NCBI GenBank assembly: GCA_030610945.1
Contig: JAUWQV010000002.1
Span: 28,633 to 92,632 of the forward strand
Length of the DNA: 64,000 nucleotides
Direction: 5' to 3'
From: Methanocellales archaeon
GTDB taxonomy: Archaea; Halobacteriota; UBA148; JAUWXC01
Shown: piece by piece, positions 61,015 through 64,000 of the stretch
Layout of the letters: each line of letters starts with the position of its first letter
Position numbering within the stretch: the first letter of the stretch is position 1
Notes under the pieces: model-generated
What the model was told of the DNA's origin: nothing
Databases searched by the model: none
Seen by the model: only the letters and a program-made list of their open reading frames with translations
Made by a program: the position numbers and the translations under genes

Positions 61015-62307
61015 ATGATGCAAGTTGAATGGACCGAAAAATACCGCCCAAAAACACTGAGTGAAGTGACTGGAAATAGTAAAGCTATTGCCGAACTAAA
61101 AAAATGGGCGGAAGAATGGGAAAAGGATAAAAAAGCCGCAATTCTATATGGTCCGCCTGGCATTGGCAAGACCTCTGCTGTCTACGCGCTCGCCAACGAT
61201 ATGAAATGGGATGCCATCGAGCTCAACGCCAGCGATCAACGTACGGCGGATATCATCAAGAAGGTAGCAGGTACGGCAGCCATTACCGGCACTTTTGAAG
61301 GTACGAAGGGCAGAAGGTTAATCATCCTGGATGAAGCGGACAACATTCACGGTAATGCAGATAGAGGTGGCACTAGGGCAATTTGCGAGGTGATAAAAAA
61401 TGCAAATCAGCCCATCCTGCTGATAGCAAACGAATATTATGATATGTCCAAGGCGCTCAGGGGTTTGTGCAAGTCCATTCAGTTTAAGGCCGTCCAGAGC
61501 AAGACAGTCGTTCCCTTGTTAGGAAAGATATGCCGTCAAGAAGGCATCGATTGTGATATTAATACGTTGGAGGCCATTGCAACCAATGCGCCAGATTTCA
61601 GGTCTGCAATTAACGACTTGCAGGCGCTTTCGCAGGGCAGGAAGAATGTCACCATTGATGACATATCGGTTGGCATACGTGACACCAAGGAGTCGATTTT
61701 CAAGGTTCTGGCCAAAATATTTAAGGATAGTACTCCAAAAGAGGCGCGGTCAGCTGTGTATACCCTAGACGAAAGCCCAGAGGATTTTATTCACTGGTTG
61801 GACGAAAATCTGCCCAAGGAGTATGAAGGCAAGGACCTTGCTGACGGCTTTGAGTGTTTGTCCAGAGCCGATGTATTCCTTGGCAGAGTTAAGCGCCGAC
61901 AAAATTACGGCATGTGGCGTTATGCCAATGATATGATGGTGAATGGGATTCAAGCCGCTAAATCACAGGCACACTATAAATTCGTACCTTACCAGCCACC
62001 TTCAACATGGCGGAAACTGGGACGAGCAAAATCGGCAAGGGCGATACGGGATTCTGTGGCAGCCAAGATAGGAAAGCACTGCCACGTGTCGCAGCGCTAT
62101 GCCCGCTCTGACCTGATTTCATTTTTTAAGATACTCTTCAGGGACGTTGAGCATGCTGCCCGGATTTCTGCACTACTGGACCTGAAACCGGAGGAAATAG
62201 CCTTCCTGCTGGACACCAAATCTGATAATGAAAGCGTGAAAAAGGTTTTCGACGCTGCTGGAATACGGGTAGAAGAGGGGCGTTCTAAATACCTCAACGC
62301 CCCATAG
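61015..62307 (+). CDS. rfcL: Replication factor C large subunit
   Basis: WTEKYRP, GPPGIGKT, ELNASD, LDEAD, DFRSAINDLQ. Confidence 0.96.
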   Translation: MMQVEWTEKYRPKTLSEVTGNSKAIAELKKWAEEWEKDKKAAILYGPPGIGKTSAVYALANDMKWDAIELNASDQRTADIIKKVAGTAAITGTFEGTKGRRLIILDEADNIHGNADRGGTRAICEVIKNANQPILLIANEYYDMSKALRGLCKSIQFKAVQSKTVVPLLGKICRQEGIDCDINTLEAIATNAPDFRSAINDLQALSQGRKNVTIDDISVGIRDTKESIFKVLAKIFKDSTPKEARSAVYTLDESPEDFIHWLDENLPKEYEGKDLADGFECLSRADVFLGRVKRRQNYGMWRYANDMMVNGIQAAKSQAHYKFVPYQPPSTWRKLGRAKSARAIRDSVAAKIGKHCHVSQRYARSDLISFFKILFRDVEHAARISALLDLKPEEIAFLLDTKSDNESVKKVFDAAGIRVEEGRSKYLNAP

Positions 62308-63103
62308 CATCCCTCATATCTTTAAGCACTTCTGCCGTGGTGCCGTAGAAGAGGCGCTTATCTTGAAGTTCTCTCCTCGCTCTCGCTTTAGCATATTCTT
62401 CTTCTCTAAATGAAATTCCAGTGTAATTGACCTTTCTAAGTATCAGGCCAAAAGGAGGGGCGGGCTCTATGCCCTCTTTATACTTATCTGGCTCCAGCAT
62501 GTTTCTTAGCCATTCTTCATCCCTTGCGCCAGCACCCACCATGCTCAATCCAGTTATGATCTTTCGCACCATATGCTGCGCAAAACTATTGGCAACGATA
62601 TCCAGTATTATGAACGGTCCGACTACCCTGATTTCGATGCGTTTTACGGTGCGCTTTGTGCTTTTATCTTCATCCATCGTTGCAAAATTCGCAAAGTCAT
62701 GTGTGCCCAGTAACAACTCGGACGCATGCCTCATCTTGGAAATTTCCAGCCCTTTGCCATACAGGATGTACCTATACTCCCGGCTAATCGCCTTTCGTCT
62801 CGGGTCAAATGTCCCTGAGACCTTCGCCCTTGCCCACACCCATATATCATCTGGCAGCTCACTATTTATGATTCTGGGCGTTACCAGATTGGACGTTGTA
62901 TTAAACGCGACCACCTGTTCCAGCGCATGAACCCCTCTGTCTGTCCTCCCTGAAGCCGAATATTTTGCCTTTTTTGGATTGTTAACAATTCCCAACTTTT
63001 TCAGCGCTTTGAACAACGTTCCCTCAATAGTTGGAACGTCTGGCTGGACCTGAAAGCCATGGTACCTATCTCCTAAATATGCCAATTTAAGTGCAACCCG
63101 CAA
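62294..63103 (-). CDS. truA: tRNA pseudouridine synthase A
   Basis: YHGFQVQP, SGRTDRGVHA, REYRY, GTHDFANF. Confidence 0.96.
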   Translation of the reverse strand: MRVALKLAYLGDRYHGFQVQPDVPTIEGTLFKALKKLGIVNNPKKAKYSASGRTDRGVHALEQVVAFNTTSNLVTPRIINSELPDDIWVWARAKVSGTFDPRRKAISREYRYILYGKGLEISKMRHASELLLGTHDFANFATMDEDKSTKRTVKRIEIRVVGPFIILDIVANSFAQHMVRKIITGLSMVGAGARDEEWLRNMLEPDKYKEGIEPAPPFGLILRKVNYTGISFREEEYAKARARRELQDKRLFYGTTAEVLKDMRDAMGR

Positions 63104-63205
63104 TTACACGCCTCCAATTCACACTCATCCCTACTTTTATCTATACCTTTTCCATAATTGCCGTAAAGTATTAACGTTTGTATGATATGTATGAGAGGGC
63201 GCAGA

Positions 63206-64000
63206 ATGAAAGCGGTACTAGGACTTGAAGATGGAACGGTCATCAAGGGAAAAGGTTTTGGTGCAGAGGGGGTTGCCCTCGGAGAGCTTGTTTTTGCAAC
63301 GTCTTTTACTGGATATGAAGAAGCGCTGACAGATCCATCATATAACGGCCAGATTCTGATGATGACATATCCGCTCATCGGAAACTACGGCGTCAGTTAT
63401 GAGAATTTTCAATCCGAGGGGATAAAAACCGAAGGTTTTGTTGTAAGAGAGATTTGCGATCATCCGTCGCACCCTAAATCGAAGAGTACGCTTCACGAAT
63501 TCTTAGAAAAGGAGGGCATCCCAGGTATCTGTGATGTGGACACGAGGATGCTTACGATACTTACGCGAGAGAAAGGAACAATGAGGGCGGCATTAATCAC
63601 AGGAGATGATGATGGCGATAGGGCAGTTCAGCTTGCTAAAGAGCAAAAACCCATCTCTGAACTGGACTTGATTTCTAAAGTGACATGTGCTGAGCCGTAT
63701 CAAATCAAAGGGCGCGGAAAGCGGTTTGTCGTGATGGACCTAGGAGTCAAGCAAAGTATTCTATCCGGTTTGAGCCAGAGAGATGTCGATATCGTTGTCG
63801 TTCCGGCTGATGCCACCCTACAACAGATTCAAGAGTACGAGCCAGATGCGTTGCTGTTATCCAATGGCCCAGGGGATCCCATGCAGGCAAAGAATGCCAT
63901 CTCTATCGCGAATGACCTTGTCGGCAAAATTCCGATATTTGGCATTGGTTTGGGCCATCAGGTTATAGCGCTCGCCCTTGGTGCCAAGACATACAAACTC
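63206..64000 (+). CDS. carA: Carbamoyl-phosphate synthase small subunit (3' end beyond window)
   Basis: Hand translation MKAVLGLEDG...GELVF...TGYEEALTDPSY...YPLIGNYG...SNGPGDP...PIFGIGLGHQ. Confidence 0.95.
   Translation, partial: MKAVLGLEDGTVIKGKGFGAEGVALGELVFATSFTGYEEALTDPSYNGQILMMTYPLIGNYGVSYENFQSEGIKTEGFVVREICDHPSHPKSKSTLHEFLEKEGIPGICDVDTRMLTILTREKGTMRAALITGDDDGDRAVQLAKEQKPISELDLISKVTCAEPYQIKGRGKRFVVMDLGVKQSILSGLSQRDVDIVVVPADATLQQIQEYEPDALLLSNGPGDPMQAKNAISIANDLVGKIPIFGIGLGHQVIALALGAKTYKL

Overview
Gene-dense core-chromosome segment of a euryarchaeote, most likely a Methanomicrobia/Halobacteriota-type lineage (inferred from archaeal r-proteins, GGGP/DGGGP synthases, alpha2-type EndA, a PGF-CTERM protein, Mch, MtrA/MtrH and methanogenesis marker 14). 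It carries translation and RNA-processing genes (rpl31e/39e/40e, rps19e, rnp4, tsr3, gatCAB, tyrS, trpS, pheST, aIF1A-rio1-KH, endA, truA), replication genes (topA, cdc6, mcm, rfcL), ether-lipid/inositol, NAD and nitrogen metabolism genes, two ABC systems, a hicBA toxin-antitoxin pair and two tRNAs (Gly-TCC with a 59-nt intron, and Arg-TCG). No CRISPR array, rRNA or transposase was seen. The most interesting element is a same-strand C1 cluster at 54.1-61.0 kb: anchor-less mtrA plus mtrH, then a tightly coupled mmp14-mesA-thyA-mch operon. It looks like a soluble, split, H4MPT-dependent methionine synthase with a candidate ATP-dependent corrinoid reactivase. Other notable points are a small protein ending in a ribosomal-stalk-like tail, CarA with its catalytic Cys replaced by Gly, a glutaminase-less AsnB, probable non-canonical start codons for aIF1A and PadR, a DHH pseudoenzyme and a doubly frameshifted YunC gene. 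All family calls are from motif recognition by eye, not database searches.
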